NCBI GenBank assembly: GCA_003522725.1
Contig: DPIG01000055.1
Location: 1 to 58,349, forward strand
Source: Candidatus Omnitrophota bacterium
GTDB taxonomy: Bacteria; Omnitrophota; Gorgyraeia; Zapsychrales; Zapsychraceae
Direction of reading: 5' to 3'
DNA length: 58,349 bases
Made by a program: the position numbers and the translations under genes. How positions within the stretch are numbered: position 1 is the first letter of the stretch; every line of letters starts with the position of its first letter. The notes under the pieces are model-generated. The model had not been told where the DNA came from. It made no database searches and saw only the letters and a list, made by a program, of their open reading frames with translations. Below are positions 31,001 through 41,901 of this stretch, in pieces.

Positions 31001-32153
31001 ACCCTTTTTCACGTAATTTGCGGATAATAAATGGTTCAAATAATTCCAACGCCATCTTCTTGGGCAATCCGCATTGATGCAATCTTAAGTTTGGCCCGAC
31101 GACGATAACGGAACGCCCTGAATAATCAACGCGTTTTCCCAAAAGATTCATGCGGAATCGTCCCTGTTTTCCCTTTAACATATCTGACAGGGATTTCAAA
31201 GGACGGTTCCCGGCGCCCAGAACGGGCCTGCCATGACGCCCGTTGTCCAAAAGGGCATCCACGGCTTCCTGGAGCATCCGCTTTTCGTTACGGCAGATGA
31301 TCTCCGGAGCCTTGAGATCAATTAATTTCTTAAGACGATTATTACGGTTGATGACGCGGCGGTAAAGGTCGTTGAGGTCCGAGGTGGCAAAACGTCCGCC
31401 TTCGAGGGGAACTAGCGGCCGCAAATCAGGCGGGATCACGGGGAGAACGCCCAGCACCATCCAGTCGGGCGAATTCCCTGATTTCTTAAAATCTTCGGCA
31501 ACTTTAAGCGTCTTGGCGATCTTCTTATGGTTTGTCCCCGCCGGGTTGGCTTTTTCCAGGTCTTTGCGCAGCTTCTTGCATAACGTGGCCAGATCAAGTT
31601 CTTTTAAAAGGTCGCGCACGGCTTCGGCGCCGATTTTCGATTTGAACCCGCCGCCGTATTTGATCAACGCCTCTTGATATTCATCCTCGCTTAAAAGCTG
31701 ATTCTTCTTTAAAGGCGTATTGCCGGGATCGACAACGATATACTCCTCATAATAAATAAGCTTTTCCATGTCCCGTAAAGTGACTTGCAACAAAGCGGAC
31801 AAACGGCTTGGGACGGCCTTATAGAACCAGACATGCGTAACCGGGCAGGCCAACTCAATATGCCCCATGCGCTCACGGCGCACGGAAGAACGCGTCACCA
31901 AGACACCACAGCGATCGCAGGTGATCCCTTTGAACTTGATCCCTTTGTATTTACCGCAATTACATTCCCAGTCGCGTACCGGACCGAAGATTTTTTCACA
32001 AAAAAGTCCGTCCTTTTCCGGCTTCAACGTTCTATAGTTGAGCGTTTCCGCTTTCTTGACGACACCACAGGACCATGAACGGATCTTTTCCGGTGAGGCG
32101 ATACGGATTGTGACATAATCGCGATTTTGGAGTTCTTCTTTTGGGCTAGCCAT
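28008..32153 (-). CDS. rpoC: DNA-directed RNA polymerase subunit beta'
   Basis: 1381 aa; zinc finger CNCGKYKG...CDRCG; catalytic [12 protein letters not shown]; ATG 32153. Confidence 0.99.
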   Translation of the reverse strand: MASPKEELQNRDYVTIRIASPEKIRSWSCGVVKKAETLNYRTLKPEKDGLFCEKIFGPVRDWECNCGKYKGIKFKGITCDRCGVLVTRSSVRRERMGHIELACPVTHVWFYKAVPSRLSALLQVTLRDMEKLIYYEEYIVVDPGNTPLKKNQLLSEDEYQEALIKYGGGFKSKIGAEAVRDLLKELDLATLCKKLRKDLEKANPAGTNHKKIAKTLKVAEDFKKSGNSPDWMVLGVLPVIPPDLRPLVPLEGGRFATSDLNDLYRRVINRNNRLKKLIDLKAPEIICRNEKRMLQEAVDALLDNGRHGRPVLGAGNRPLKSLSDMLKGKQGRFRMNLLGKRVDYSGRSVIVVGPNLRLHQCGLPKKMALELFEPFIIRKLREKGYVHTIKGAKRMVEKEKAEVWDILDEVIQDHPVMLNRAPTLHRLSIQAFYPTLVEGKAIKLHPLVCAAFNADFDGDQMAVHVPLSLEAQMECRLELLSINNLFSPADGRPIVTPSQDMVLGLYYLTKEDEKSGGDTRVYSAPQEVIVAFNDGFLGLHKRIKLRTNIPVWGEEKPSLIISQEEALKGADEKKTKKEEKLKKEETNAPSIIETTVGRVLFNEIIFAEFGFVNELLDKKKTGAIVSDCYKRFGQGKTIKLLDDLKELGFINATLAGISIGIGDMTIPQEKTDILKNSKQEIAKVEDQYRKGIITGRERYNKIIDIWTHTTETMSDLVFKQMDPFNPVFIMADSGARGSRLQIRQLSGMRGLMAKPSGEIIENPITASFREGLTVLEYFISTHGARKGLADTALKTADAGYLTRRLVDVAQEVVVTVEDCGTLNGITVSAIVEGDELVVSLRERITGRVALDSIVDIVTDQKVIEAGEVIDEETAEFIEHLGIEKVRIRSVLTCEAERGVCVRCYGRNLATQRHVEIGEAVGTIAAQSIGEPGTQLTMRTFHIGGTASRAIEQSFYKAKNTGSIKYHQLRVVAKGNEFIVLNRNGSVSINNEYGREFERYQLPQGAVLNIPDGATVAKDKVFVTWDPYTVPIITEVKGVVNSEDLIPDVTVQEEQNPVTGVTERVVVEHKQEYHPQIIMTDEKKEIVGIYSIPIGAHILVKDKQQINAGDLIAKIPRGAGKTRDITGGLPRVAELFEARRPKDPAVISEIDGTVEFSQDKKGRRTIIVRSPTGMHSEYTIPHGKHPNVYKGDRVFAGQQLTDGPVVPHDILRVCGDKILQEYLLNEVQEVYRLQGVRINDKHIELIIGQMLKKVKIEDSGDTEFLIGEQINRATFKKANEEVLKKKGKPAKATPLLLGITKVSLTTESFISSASFQETTRVLTEAASSGKIDLLCGLKENVIVGHLIPAGTGLKEYENVEVVKYADDTATHQETKSTENKEE

Positions 32154-35100
32154 TTTCTTCTTTTTTCTCTCTAAGTTTATTTAGAAGTTTATTGTCAGCC
32201 TTGTCGGCCTTCTCGGCCCTCTCCGCCTCTTGCTGCTCGGACGCGGTTTTAACGACCTGAATATCCAGGCATAATCCCTGCAGTTCCTTGACAAGAACGT
32301 TGAAAGATTCCGGCGTTCCCGTTTCCAGCTTGTGTTGTCCCTTAACGATGGATTCATACATGCGGCTGCGCCCGATGACGTCGTCACTTTTGACCGTCAG
32401 CATTTCCTGCAACGTGTAGGCGGCCCCATAGGCCTCGAGCGCCCAAACTTCCATTTCCCCGAAACGCTGTCCACCAAAATGCGCTTTCCCGCCCAAAGGC
32501 TGCTGTGTAACCAGCGAATAAGGGCCGATGGAACGCGCGTGAATCTTTTCATCAACAAGATGATTCAATTTGAGCATGTAGATATACCCGACCGTGATTT
32601 TCTGCTCAAAAGGAATTCCCGTATGTCCATCAATGACGGTTGTCTTGCCGTCTTCCGGCAAGCCGGCATCTTTCAGACAGGCGCGTATTTCCAGCTCGGT
32701 CGCTCCATTAAAGACCGGTGTGACGGCGTGGAATCCCAGCGCCTTCGCGGCCCACCCAAGATGGGTTTCCAAAAGTTGACCAACGTTCATACGAGACGGA
32801 ACGCCCAATGGATTTAAAACGATATCAACCGCCGTACCGTCTTCCAGAAATGGCATATCCTCTTCAGGCAGGATCCGTGAAACAATACCTTTATTTCCGT
32901 GACGACCGGCCATTTTATCGCCTTCAGCAACCTTGCGCTTGGTAGCGATATACACAACAACTCTTTTCAAGACGCCTGCCGGCAATTCATCGCCGCGGCG
33001 GATACGCTCGACCTCCTGGACTTCCTCTTCGACCAGCTCCGCGATCTTGTCATCATAAAAACGGACGACTTCATATTCTTCAGAATCCTCTTCGAATTCA
33101 TCAAAACGGATCTTGCCGATCTTCTTTTTGTCGATATTCAACAATTTGCATATCTTCTTTTGCTTTTCTTCTTCCGCAAACTCGATTTCCTGCTTGTAAT
33201 AGGCCTTGATCTTCTCAAGGGTCTCCATTTCTTTTTTCTTATCTTCTTTGGTTTTACGTCCGCGCTCCGCCCGCTGGAAAATCTCCGCGTGAACCACGAC
33301 ACCCTCAATCCCGGGAGGCAACGTTAAGGACGTATCACGGATATCCGCGGCCTTTTCGCCAAAGATCGCGCGTAAAAGTCTTTCCTCAGGGGAAAGTTCT
33401 TTTTCGCTCTTGGGCGTTACTTTACCGACCAAGATATCGCCGGCTTTCACTTCGGCGCCGATGCGGATAATGCCGTCTTCATTGAGATTTACGAGGGCAT
33501 CTTCTCCGACGTTGGGAATATCCCGCGTGATCTCCTCGTTACCCAAACGCGTTTCACGGCATTCGACCTCGAAACGTTCAATATGGATCGATGTAAATTT
33601 ATCTTCACGGACCAACCGTTCGTTGATCAAAATGGCGTCTTCGAAATTGAACCCGCGCCATGGCATAAACGCGACCAAAACGTTACAGCCCAGCGCTAAC
33701 TGGCCATCCCTGGTCCCAATGCCGTCTGCGATTGGGTCGCCCGCCTGAACTTTATCGCCGACGTTGACCAACGGTCTTTGCTGAATGCACGTGTTCGCAT
33801 TGGTGCGCTGAAAATTCTTTAAAGGATAAACTGTATCGCCGATTGTGATCTCTCGCGCGTCGACTTTGGTAACGGTGCCCGATTGCTTGGCCAAGACAAC
33901 GACGCCGGAGTCCTGGGCCACTTTCCCCTCCATTCCCGTTGAGACATAAGGGACTTCCGGGATCATGACCGGGACGGCCTGGCGCTGCATGTTGGAACCC
34001 ATCAGCGCGCGGTTGGCGTCATCGTGCTCAAGAAACGGGATCAAAGCGGCCGCCACCGATACAACCTGAAGCGACGAGACATCCATGTAGGTGACGTTTT
34101 TCGGAGCCACCTTCGGGAAATCTGTCTTGTAACGGCAGGAAACTTCCTTCTCTGTAAAATTACCGCTCTTATCGATCGGCGAATTGGCCTGCGCAATATG
34201 CGCGTTCTGATCTTTATCGGCGGTCAAATATTCAATCTTGTTGGTAACATGCCCTTCATTGACTTTACGATACGGGGTTTCAATAAAACCCAATTCGTTG
34301 ACACGGGCGCAATTGGTCAAGGACGCGATAAGCCCGATGTTCGGGCCTTCCGGAGTTTCGATAGGACACACCCGGCCGTAATGTGTGTGATGGACGTCAC
34401 GGACCTCAAAACCGGCACGCTCGCGGGACAACCCGCCGGGGCCCAAAGCGCTCAAACGTCTTTTGTGGGTCATCTCGGAAAGCGGATTGACCTGGTCCAT
34501 GAACTGGGACAATTGGCTGCGGGCGAAGAAATCCTGGATCTGATTTGAAAAAAGTCTGGAATTAATTAAATGATGGGCGGTGAGATTTTCAAAATTGCTC
34601 ATAACGACCAAGCGCTCTTTGATCGAACGCTCCAGACGCGCGAGGCCGATACGCACCTGGTTCTGGACCAATTCCCCCACCGTCTTGATACGGCGGTTAC
34701 CCAAATGGTCGATATCATCGGTTTCCCCGATGCCATTACGCAAATTCATCAAATAGCGGAGGACCTCGATGACCATCTTGATGTCCAGCACGCGGTTCTC
34801 AAGCGGCGAATCCATATTCAGCTTGCGATTGATGATATGGCGGCCGACCTTGCTTAAGTCGTAGCGCTTGGGGTCAAAAAACAATCTAAAAAAAAGCGTG
34901 TCTGCGACCTCGACCGTCGCCGGTTCGGTGGGACGCATCTTTCGGTAAAAATCAAGGAGCGCTTCTTCTTTAGTGGTGGTGTGGTCTTTTTCGAGGGTTG
35001 GTTTGAGCTTTTCAAAATTCTCGCCGAGCATGGCCTTCATGTCTTCGGTGGTCGACAAGCCCATAATGCGCAAGATCTGTGTGGCCGGAAAATTCCTGCG

Positions 35101-35658
35101 GCGGTCGACATAGGCCAAAAAGACATTGTTGAGATCATATTTGATCTCAAACCAGGCCCCGCGCGCCGGGATGATCCTTCCATGGAAAATGCTTTTTCCC
35201 GTAGGATGCAGCTCTTCTTCGAAAGAAACGCCCGGTGGACGCTGGATCTGGGAGACCACGACTCTTTCGTCACCGTTGATAATAAATGTCCCCGTATCGG
35301 TCATCAACGGGAACTCGCCGAAATATACCTCCTGCTCTTTAATATCAACGGGCGTGATCAGGCGCAGCTTGACCTTCAGCGGTGCCGCGAAGGTCATGCC
35401 GCGTCGTTTGCACTCCACGGCGGAATATTTTTCCTTGCCCAACGAATAATTCATGTATTCCAGCTTGATCTGCCCGTCATAACTTTCCAACGGAAAGACA
35501 TCGCGGAACACTTCTTCCAGGCCCTGATATTTGCGCTTGTCGGGGGCACTGCCTGCTTGCAGGAATTGTTCGTAAGCATCCGTCTGGATACCCAGAAGGT
35601 GCAAGATCTCAAAGTCGTCCTTGAACTTGCTGAAATCTTTAACTTTCAGTTTTTCCAT
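32146..35658 (-). CDS. rpoB: DNA-directed RNA polymerase subunit beta
   Basis: About 1170 aa; [14 protein letters not shown] and rif-region [20 protein letters not shown] 35658 (MEKLKV) is preferred; an alternative GTG lies at 35667. The stop overlaps the rpoC start by 8 nt. Confidence 0.98.
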   Translation of the reverse strand: MEKLKVKDFSKFKDDFEILHLLGIQTDAYEQFLQAGSAPDKRKYQGLEEVFRDVFPLESYDGQIKLEYMNYSLGKEKYSAVECKRRGMTFAAPLKVKLRLITPVDIKEQEVYFGEFPLMTDTGTFIINGDERVVVSQIQRPPGVSFEEELHPTGKSIFHGRIIPARGAWFEIKYDLNNVFLAYVDRRRNFPATQILRIMGLSTTEDMKAMLGENFEKLKPTLEKDHTTTKEEALLDFYRKMRPTEPATVEVADTLFFRLFFDPKRYDLSKVGRHIINRKLNMDSPLENRVLDIKMVIEVLRYLMNLRNGIGETDDIDHLGNRRIKTVGELVQNQVRIGLARLERSIKERLVVMSNFENLTAHHLINSRLFSNQIQDFFARSQLSQFMDQVNPLSEMTHKRRLSALGPGGLSRERAGFEVRDVHHTHYGRVCPIETPEGPNIGLIASLTNCARVNELGFIETPYRKVNEGHVTNKIEYLTADKDQNAHIAQANSPIDKSGNFTEKEVSCRYKTDFPKVAPKNVTYMDVSSLQVVSVAAALIPFLEHDDANRALMGSNMQRQAVPVMIPEVPYVSTGMEGKVAQDSGVVVLAKQSGTVTKVDAREITIGDTVYPLKNFQRTNANTCIQQRPLVNVGDKVQAGDPIADGIGTRDGQLALGCNVLVAFMPWRGFNFEDAILINERLVREDKFTSIHIERFEVECRETRLGNEEITRDIPNVGEDALVNLNEDGIIRIGAEVKAGDILVGKVTPKSEKELSPEERLLRAIFGEKAADIRDTSLTLPPGIEGVVVHAEIFQRAERGRKTKEDKKKEMETLEKIKAYYKQEIEFAEEEKQKKICKLLNIDKKKIGKIRFDEFEEDSEEYEVVRFYDDKIAELVEEEVQEVERIRRGDELPAGVLKRVVVYIATKRKVAEGDKMAGRHGNKGIVSRILPEEDMPFLEDGTAVDIVLNPLGVPSRMNVGQLLETHLGWAAKALGFHAVTPVFNGATELEIRACLKDAGLPEDGKTTVIDGHTGIPFEQKITVGYIYMLKLNHLVDEKIHARSIGPYSLVTQQPLGGKAHFGGQRFGEMEVWALEAYGAAYTLQEMLTVKSDDVIGRSRMYESIVKGQHKLETGTPESFNVLVKELQGLCLDIQVVKTASEQQEAERAEKADKADNKLLNKLREKKEENG

Positions 35659-35699
35659 ATTCCCCACGCTCTTAAGAGTCGATTATCAATGAACGGAAT

Positions 35700-36143
35700 T
35701 TATTTCAATTCCACTTTTGCGCCGGCAGCTTCCAGCTTCTTCTTGAGGTCTTCCGCCTCCTCTTTGGTCGCTCCCTCTTTGACCGTCTTGGGTGCGGCTT
35801 CAACGAGGTCTTTGGCTTCTTTCAACCCGAGGTTGGTCGCGCCTCTGACTTCTTTGATGACGGCGATCTTGTTCGCGCCGATTTCTTTAAGGACGACATC
35901 AAAAGTAGTTTTCTCCTCAGCTGCGGCTGCGGCTCCGGCTCCGGCTGCGGCACCCATAGGCATCATCATGCCAGCCATGGGGGCGGCGGCCTTAATGCCG
36001 AATTTGTCTTCCAAGGCCTTGACCAATTCGGAAATTTCAAGCGCGGTCAAGCCTTCGACCGTCTTGACGAGTTCTTTTAATTTGGCTGAAAGCTCTTTTC
36101 CCGGAGCTTCCTGTTTTTGTTCTGTTGTTGTATTTTCAGACAT
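35700..36143 (-). CDS. rplL: 50S ribosomal protein L7/L12 (long Ala/Met/Gly hinge)
   Basis: The C-terminal domain [24 protein letters not shown] is canonical. The hinge is [26 protein letters not shown]. Confidence 0.97.
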   Translation of the reverse strand: MSENTTTEQKQEAPGKELSAKLKELVKTVEGLTALEISELVKALEDKFGIKAAAPMAGMMMPMGAAAGAGAAAAAEEKTTFDVVLKEIGANKIAVIKEVRGATNLGLKEAKDLVEAAPKTVKEGATKEEAEDLKKKLEAAGAKVELK

Positions 36144-36144
36144 T

Positions 36145-36675
36145 TTAATTCCCTCCCTTTTTCTCGCTTAACTGCTTCAATATGGATAAGAGTTCCTGCG
36201 TTTTGCCGCTCAACGCTCCCGCCAGCCGGGTCAACGGCGACTGGATCGTTGATAAAAGCATCGTCAATAAAACCTGCCGTGAAGGCAACTCGGACAATTG
36301 GACAATTTGATCCTTTTCCAAAATCTTGCCATCCAGCAATCCGCCGCGGATCTTGATGTTTTCACACTCTTTGGCGAATTTGACCAGGGCTTTGGCCACC
36401 TCAGCGGAATCGGCCTGACTCCAAACAAAGGCCATCTGGCCGGTTATTTTTTCAGCCAAAGCGCTTTGATTCAAATCTTTAAGGGCGATCTGGGCGATGG
36501 AATTCTTGGAAACATAAACATCCGCCCCGGCTGCTTTCAGGCGCTTGCGAAAATCATTGATCTGCGAGGCCGGAACCTGCGAGTAACTGACGACAAAAAT
36601 ACATCCATTCCGGCCAATGCCATCTTTAACTCTATTAACGAGATTTTCACGGAATGCCTGACCGATTCTTTTCAT
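36145..36675 (-). CDS. rplJ: 50S ribosomal protein L10
   Basis: 176 aa; position between rplA and rplL; [20 protein letters not shown]. Confidence 0.95.
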   Translation of the reverse strand: MKRIGQAFRENLVNRVKDGIGRNGCIFVVSYSQVPASQINDFRKRLKAAGADVYVSKNSIAQIALKDLNQSALAEKITGQMAFVWSQADSAEVAKALVKFAKECENIKIRGGLLDGKILEKDQIVQLSELPSRQVLLTMLLSTIQSPLTRLAGALSGKTQELLSILKQLSEKKGGN

Positions 36676-37352
36676 ATCGCCACCTTTAATCCCGGCCCCA
36701 TCGTCGTGGACAAAGAGACATTTTTAAGAAGATTTCCCTTAACTGAGGCCGGCTTAACATGATTAATCGCTTCGATCACATGGCTGGCATTATCCAGCAG
36801 CTTTTCCTTTGCAAAAGATCTTTTTCCAACGATCACGTGAATACCCGCCTGTTTATCCGATTTAAATTCGATCTTGCCGGCTTTGACTTCTTTGATCGCC
36901 TTGGCCACATCGGCGCTGACCGTTCCCGCCTTGGGAGTCGGCATCAAACCGCGCGGCCCCAGAATTTTCCCCAATTTACTTAAATCCCGCATCATATCCG
37001 GCGTGGCAATCACCACATCAAAATCCATAAACCCCTTGGCCACTTTTTCGATGAGATCTTCGGCGCCAATAAGGTCGGCCCCGGCCTCTCTGGCCTTTTG
37101 CTCCTGCTCCCCCTTACAAAAAACGGCGATGCGCACGCTCTTCCCCGTTCCATGCGGCAAAACAACCGTACCGCGGATAACCTGATCGGAATTCTTGGTG
37201 TCTATATTAAGGGAAAAGTGCAATTCGACCGTTTCATCAAACTTCACCTTAGGGAATTTCTCGATACTCTCGATGGCTTCCTTAAGCGAATATGCCCGAT
37301 CGACGCTAAACTGTTGTGCTGCATTTTTCATGCGCTTACTGGTCCGAACCAT
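36672..37352 (-). CDS. rplA: 50S ribosomal protein L1
   Basis: 226 aa; VRGTVVLPHGTGKSVRIAVF and GPRGLMP. Confidence 0.97.
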   Translation of the reverse strand: MVRTSKRMKNAAQQFSVDRAYSLKEAIESIEKFPKVKFDETVELHFSLNIDTKNSDQVIRGTVVLPHGTGKSVRIAVFCKGEQEQKAREAGADLIGAEDLIEKVAKGFMDFDVVIATPDMMRDLSKLGKILGPRGLMPTPKAGTVSADVAKAIKEVKAGKIEFKSDKQAGIHVIVGKRSFAKEKLLDNASHVIEAINHVKPASVKGNLLKNVSLSTTMGPGLKVAI

Positions 37353-37353
37353 A

Positions 37354-37779
37354 TTAAACCACCACCTCTATACCCATACTGCGGGCCGTTCCTTCAATAG
37401 TTTTCACGGCTTGGGCGAAATCCGCCGTGTTCAAATCTTCCATTTTAGCCTTGGCGATCTCTTCAACTTGCTTGCGTGTGATCTTGCCGATCTTTTCGCG
37501 TCCGGCCGTCCCGGAGGCCTTGGCCAGGTTGGCCGCCTTTTTGATCAAAACGGCGCTCGGCGGTGTTTTGATAATAAAATCAAAGGATTTGTCCTTGTAG
37601 ACGGTAATAACCGCCGGCAAGATGAGCCCTTCCCGGCCTTTGGTTCTTTCATTAAAGGCCTTGCAAAACATCATGATGTTGACGCCGTGCTGGCCCAATG
37701 CCGGACCTACCGGCGGCGCGGGGTTTGCCTGTCCCGCGGGGACATACAACTTAATTTGTGCGACAGCTTCTTTTGCCAT
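37354..37779 (-). CDS. rplK: 50S ribosomal protein L11
   Basis: [28 protein letters not shown]. Confidence 0.98.
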   Translation of the reverse strand: MAKEAVAQIKLYVPAGQANPAPPVGPALGQHGVNIMMFCKAFNERTKGREGLILPAVITVYKDKSFDFIIKTPPSAVLIKKAANLAKASGTAGREKIGKITRKQVEEIAKAKMEDLNTADFAQAVKTIEGTARSMGIEVVV

Positions 37780-37780
37780 T

Positions 37781-38314
37781 TTATAATTTTTCCACTTGCC
37801 AGTATTCGAGTTCTACCAACGTTGACCTGCCGAAGATCGAAACGCTCACCTTGAGCTTGCCACGTTCGGGATAAACTTCCATGACCGAACCGTTAAAATT
37901 CGCGAACGGCCCTTGGGCAATGCGCATCGACTCGCCGATTTCAAAAGTAATTTTAGGAGTGGGCTTGGTTTCCGTGTCTTCGGTACGCTGCAAGATGGAT
38001 TTGACTTCTTCCTCGGAAATGGGTGTTGGCCTGCGGCCGGGCCCGATAAAACCGGTTATGCCAGGTGTCGTTTTGACCAGGTACCAGCTCTCCTTGTTCA
38101 TGTCCATTTTGACGATGAGATAGCCGGGGAAAAATTTTCTAGCAGTGATACGTTTCTTTCCACCGCGGATCTCAGCCACCTGCTCGGTCGGGACGATGAT
38201 CTCTCCGATATACTTTTTGAGTTCCGTTGTAGCCATGCGCCCTTGCAAACCGGCCCTGGCTTTCTCTTCCGAGCCCGTTTGCGTGTGCACCACATACCAT
38301 TTCATTTCAGCCAT
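37781..38314 (-). CDS. nusG: Transcription termination/antitermination factor NusG
   Basis: NGN domain [16 protein letters not shown] and C-terminal KOW ... [13 protein letters not shown]. Confidence 0.97.
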   Translation of the reverse strand: MAEMKWYVVHTQTGSEEKARAGLQGRMATTELKKYIGEIIVPTEQVAEIRGGKKRITARKFFPGYLIVKMDMNKESWYLVKTTPGITGFIGPGRRPTPISEEEVKSILQRTEDTETKPTPKITFEIGESMRIAQGPFANFNGSVMEVYPERGKLKVSVSIFGRSTLVELEYWQVEKL

Positions 38315-38323
38315 GAACTTACC

Positions 38324-38515
38324 CTACCTGATGATCAAACTTAACAATTTGGAAAGAGCGAAGTCGGTACATCCGATAAAAATCCCCAAAAAAATTGAAC
38401 TTAAGAAAACAATCCAGGTCGCGTCGATCAATTCCTGACGGGTCAACCACGAGACTTTTTTGAGCTCAACACCCACTTCGGATATAAATTTTTGTATTTT
38501 TCCAAGCATCTTCAT
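38324..38515 (-). CDS. secE: Preprotein translocase subunit SecE
   Basis: Single-TM 63-aa protein with ELKKVSWLTRQEL. ATG 38515 is preferred; the ORF-track start 38518 is TTG. Confidence 0.9.
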   Translation of the reverse strand: MKMLGKIQKFISEVGVELKKVSWLTRQELIDATWIVFLSSIFLGIFIGCTDFALSKLLSLIIR

Positions 38516-38529
38516 CAATCGGGATCACA

Positions 38530-38603
38530 CAGGCCTGGTAGGACTCGAACCTACAACCCACGGTTTTGGAGACCGTCGCTCTACCAATTAGAGCTACAGG
38601 CCT
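38530..38603 (-). tRNA. tRNA-Trp (anticodon CCA)
   Basis: Minus strand AGGCCTGTAGCTCTAATTGGTAGAGCGACGGTCTCCAAAACCGTGGGTTGTAGGTTCGAGTCCTACCAGGCCTG folds as a cloverleaf. It has a 7-bp acceptor stem, CTCCAAA anticodon loop, TTCGAGT T-loop and discriminator G; no CCA is encoded. Confidence 0.95.
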
Positions 38604-38618
38604 ACAGAAAATCTCCCG

Positions 38619-38771
38619 TTACTTTTTTAGCTCTTTATGCAGAACGTGTTTACGGCAGAAAGGACAAAACTTCTTGACCTCTATCCGATCCGGATGTTTT
38701 TTCTTATCCTTCGTAGCACTGTAATTAATACGGCTGCATTCGGTGCACTGAAACTGGATGGGTTCACGCAT
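38619..38771 (-). CDS. rpmG: 50S ribosomal protein L33 (not in the ORF track)
   Basis: Hand translation gives MREPIQFQCTECSRINYSATKDKKKHPDRIEVKKFCPFCRKHVLHKELKK followed by a stop. It has a CxxC...CxxC zinc ribbon and the position upstream of tRNA-Trp/secE is typical. Confidence 0.92.
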   Translation of the reverse strand: MREPIQFQCTECSRINYSATKDKKKHPDRIEVKKFCPFCRKHVLHKELKK

Positions 38772-38853
38772 TATAGTAAAATTATCGTTACAAAAAATCT
38801 GGATATTGAAATACGATTTAAAGGGAAAACTTTATTTCTCCGTCGGGGTATGA

Positions 38854-38926
38854 AGCCCCCGACCGGAATTGAACCGGTGACCTCGTCCTTACCAAGAACG
38901 TGCTCTACCGACTGAGCTACAGGGGC
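38854..38926 (-). tRNA. tRNA-Thr (anticodon GGT)
   Basis: Minus strand GCCCCTGTAGCTCAGTCGGTAGAGCACGTTCTTGGTAAGGACGAGGTCACCGGTTCAATTCCGGTCGGGGGCT folds as a cloverleaf with TTGGTAA anticodon loop and TTCAATT T-loop. One G-U pair lies in the acceptor stem. Confidence 0.95.
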
Positions 38927-38946
38927 AGAACCAATCGAGTCAGTCA

Positions 38947-38974
38947 AGTATACCGACTTTTATTGTCTTGTCAA
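38947..38974 (-). promoter_or_regulatory. Candidate sigma70-type promoter for the tRNA-Thr/rpmG/secE-nusG/rpl/rpoBC array
   Basis: Minus strand reads ATAAAAAAAC TTGACA -16 nt- TATACT. An A-tract (UP-like) lies upstream, and the -10 ends about 20 nt before the tRNA 5' end. Confidence 0.55.
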
Positions 38975-39042
38975 GTTTTTTTATCTAGTTTGCAGGAATT
39001 TAATTTGTTAGGATTGCTGGAGTTACAAATTCTTCCGGTCTC

Positions 39043-40215
39043 CTAAATGAGCTTTAAAAAACGGCGTTTCCCCACCTTAATGATCCCGCCCTGGGGCCGC
39101 CAATGGGCATCGCGAATGGCATGATTATTGTGACTGATAGCCCCCTGACTAAGCAAGCGCTGAAATTCCCTCCTGGAATCCACCAGTTTCTCAAGCAGAA
39201 GGATATCAACTAAAGAAGTAGTACCCGGCCCCAGCCTGTATTCAGGGACGTTTTCGGGCGTTTGACCTCGCGTGAAAACTTTCTCAAAATTCTTTCTGGC
39301 CTGTTCCGCCTTTTCCGAATCATGGAACCGCGCGATGATTTCACCCGCCAATTTCATTTTGGCCTCTTTAGGATGGAGCGCCCTGATCTGCGCCATGTCC
39401 AAATCCGTGAGGGTCTCATAATAGCGGTACATCAGATCATCACTGATCGACATGATTTTGCCGAAGGCCTCATCAGCGGATTCATTGATCCCGATATAAT
39501 TATTCAATGTTTTGCTCATTTTGTTGACGCCGTCGGTACCTTCCAATAACGGCGTCATAATGATTGCTTGGGGTTCTTGTCCATAGGCTTCCTGCAACTG
39601 GCGCCCCATGAGAAGATTAAACTTCTGGTCGGAACCTCCCAACTCAATGTCCGCTTTTAAATGAACCGAGTCATATCCCTGCAGCAACGGATAGACAAAT
39701 TCCAAAAGACTGATTTCCTTCTTCTCTTCAAAGCGTTTTTTAAAATCGGAACGGGCCAGCATCTGGGCAACCGTCGAATGGGCCGTCAAGGAGAGAACTT
39801 CCTGCGAAGACAATTTGTCCAGCCAGGCGCTGTTGAAAACAACTTCGGTCCGTTTGGGGTCAAGGATTTTGAAGACCTGTTCTTTGTAGGTTTTGGCGTT
39901 TTGATTGATTTTCTGCCGGTCCAATTGGGGCCGTATCTGGTCCTTGCCCGTGGGGTCTCCTATCTGGGCGGTAAAATCCCCGATCAGAAAAAAGACCTGG
40001 TGCCCAAGGTCCTGCAATTGACGTAACTTGCGAAGAAGAACGGTGTGACCGAGATGAATGTCCGGAGCGGTGGGATCAAATCCAGCTTTAACGCGAAGCG
40101 GTTTTTTGCTCTTTTGGCTGGCGAGAAGTTTTGCTTTAAGACCTTCCGGGTTGATGATTTCAGCCGTGCCCCGCGAAATGTGTTCCAAAGATTCGTTAAT
40201 GGCCATCCGCGTCAT
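39043..40215 (-). CDS. tyrS: Tyrosine--tRNA ligase
   Basis: HIGH-type motif DIHLGH and KMSKT; C-terminal S4-like domain. An alternative ATG lies at 40206. Confidence 0.93.
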   Translation of the reverse strand: MTRMAINESLEHISRGTAEIINPEGLKAKLLASQKSKKPLRVKAGFDPTAPDIHLGHTVLLRKLRQLQDLGHQVFFLIGDFTAQIGDPTGKDQIRPQLDRQKINQNAKTYKEQVFKILDPKRTEVVFNSAWLDKLSSQEVLSLTAHSTVAQMLARSDFKKRFEEKKEISLLEFVYPLLQGYDSVHLKADIELGGSDQKFNLLMGRQLQEAYGQEPQAIIMTPLLEGTDGVNKMSKTLNNYIGINESADEAFGKIMSISDDLMYRYYETLTDLDMAQIRALHPKEAKMKLAGEIIARFHDSEKAEQARKNFEKVFTRGQTPENVPEYRLGPGTTSLVDILLLEKLVDSRREFQRLLSQGAISHNNHAIRDAHWRPQGGIIKVGKRRFLKLI

Positions 40216-40245
40216 GAGGCGTCTGAAGGAAGGGTTGCCGGGTGC

Positions 40246-41793
40246 CTAGACTCTTGCGCTGACCCCGATTTTCATCTGCTCAACGTCGACTTTGATGATA
40301 CGCACCTTCAGCTTATCGCCAGGCTTCAAGGCAGCGGCTTTTTCCTTCTCGATTTCAGAAGAATAAACGAGCGCCTCCACATCGTCATCGAGCTTGACAA
40401 AAACGCCGAAATTCGAATTCAAAACGACCTCGGCATCGGCTTCGGAATCAATAGAATATTTCTGGGCAATTTCTGACCAAGGGTTTTCCATGAGCTGCTT
40501 AAGACCCAGGTTGATCTTCCTGCTGGCGGGATCAACAGCTAAAACGCTCACCTCCACGTCCTGTCCTTTTTGTAAAACATCCTGCGGATGATTGATCTTT
40601 CTTGTCCAGGACATATCCGAAATATGGATCATTCCCTCCAGGCCCGAGTCAAGTTCCACAAACGCGCCATAATCCGTAAAACCGCGCACCTTACCCTTGA
40701 CCTTTGATCCGATCGGATATTTCTTTTCCGCACCCAACCAGGGATTTTCTTCAAGCTGTTTCATGCTCAAAGAAATCCGCTTGGAATCTTTGTCCACGTT
40801 GATGATCTGGACTTCGATTTCATCTCCGACCTTGAACATTTCCTGGGGATTTACAAGTTTCTTCTGCCAGGTGATCTCCGAGGAATGAAGCAACCCTTCG
40901 ATCCCGCGCTCGATCTCAACAAATACCCCGTATGGCATCACATTAACGACCTTGCCCTTTGCTTTTGTTCCCGTCGGATATTTTTGATAAACATCGTCCC
41001 ACGGATTGGCAACGATCTGTTTTAACCCAAGGGAAACTTTAGAATTTTCTTTGTCAAAATCCAGGATCAAAACTTCAATGCGGTCGCCGACCTTGACAAG
41101 CTCGGAAGGATGGCTGACGCGCGTCCAGCTCATGTCGGTAATATGCAACAATCCGTCGACGCCACCCAAATCGATAAACGCACCAAAATCCGTGATACCC
41201 TTGACCATCCCGGTTCTGCGCTGACCCTTAACAAGCTCATTCCAAAGCCGGTCACGCACAAGTTCTCTTTCCTTCTGGACCACTTCTCTGCGGGAAAGAA
41301 TAAGATTGCGACGCGCCTTATTAAGCTTGGCGATCTGGAATTTATATTTCTGGGTCATGATCTCCTGCGAGGAAACCCCTTTGAAAGCGGACAACGACAT
41401 CGGCAGGAACGCTTCGACACCATCGACATCCACGATAAATCCACCCTTGACCTGCTTGACAATCCGGCCGTCAACAATATCACCCTCGCGGATAACATCC
41501 CCCATCTTCATCCATCCGCGCAATTTCTCCGCCTTCATGTGGGAAAGGACAAGGCGGCCCTCGTCATCTTCAATGGACTCGATAAGCACGTCAATTTCCG
41601 CGCCTGCTTCCAGCTTTTCTTCGTTGCGGAATTCTTCGATAGGGACAAAACCTTCAGACTTAAATCCGATATCAACAACTGCTTCTTTGTTATTAACAGA
41701 GATCACTCTGCCCTTGACGATCTCGCCTTCCTTAATATCATGAAAGGTCTCTTTGTATAACCCTTCCATCAGAGCTTGTTTTTCCTGACTCAT
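40246..41793 (-). CDS. rpsA: 30S ribosomal protein S1
   Basis: 515 aa made of repeated S1 (OB-fold) domains (GxxVxGxVxxxxxxGAFVxL pattern, about six copies). Confidence 0.95.
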   Translation of the reverse strand: MSQEKQALMEGLYKETFHDIKEGEIVKGRVISVNNKEAVVDIGFKSEGFVPIEEFRNEEKLEAGAEIDVLIESIEDDEGRLVLSHMKAEKLRGWMKMGDVIREGDIVDGRIVKQVKGGFIVDVDGVEAFLPMSLSAFKGVSSQEIMTQKYKFQIAKLNKARRNLILSRREVVQKERELVRDRLWNELVKGQRRTGMVKGITDFGAFIDLGGVDGLLHITDMSWTRVSHPSELVKVGDRIEVLILDFDKENSKVSLGLKQIVANPWDDVYQKYPTGTKAKGKVVNVMPYGVFVEIERGIEGLLHSSEITWQKKLVNPQEMFKVGDEIEVQIINVDKDSKRISLSMKQLEENPWLGAEKKYPIGSKVKGKVRGFTDYGAFVELDSGLEGMIHISDMSWTRKINHPQDVLQKGQDVEVSVLAVDPASRKINLGLKQLMENPWSEIAQKYSIDSEADAEVVLNSNFGVFVKLDDDVEALVYSSEIEKEKAAALKPGDKLKVRIIKVDVEQMKIGVSARV

Positions 41794-41873
41794 AGAAAAA
41801 TACCTTCTTCCTTTTTTGATTCGATTTTCAGCCGCAACCCGGAAAGAAAAATCGGGGCAAACTGAAGGACACC

Positions 41874-41901
41874 ATTATCGCAAAATTGATTATTTTGTCA
41901 A
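41874..41901 (-). promoter_or_regulatory. Candidate sigma70-type promoter for rpsA
   Basis: Minus strand reads TTGACA -16 nt- GATAAT. The -35 abuts the plsC stop codon and the leader to ATG 41793 is about 75 nt. Confidence 0.5.

Noticed and set aside
34981-36171. 396-aa plus-strand ORF, together with other long plus-strand ORFs (2884-3951, 28431-29432, 50322-51173, 24053-24847, 4903-5574, 37195-37854, 41110-41760).
   Set aside because: All lie antisense to confidently identified, highly conserved minus-strand genes (rpoB/rplL, the TPR gene, rpoC, pilQ, tuf, ICDH, rplK/rplA, rpsA). Their translations are low-complexity Arg/Ala/Ser/Leu-rich strings with no recognisable motifs. This is typical of shadow ORFs that stay open because of the codon bias of the opposite strand.
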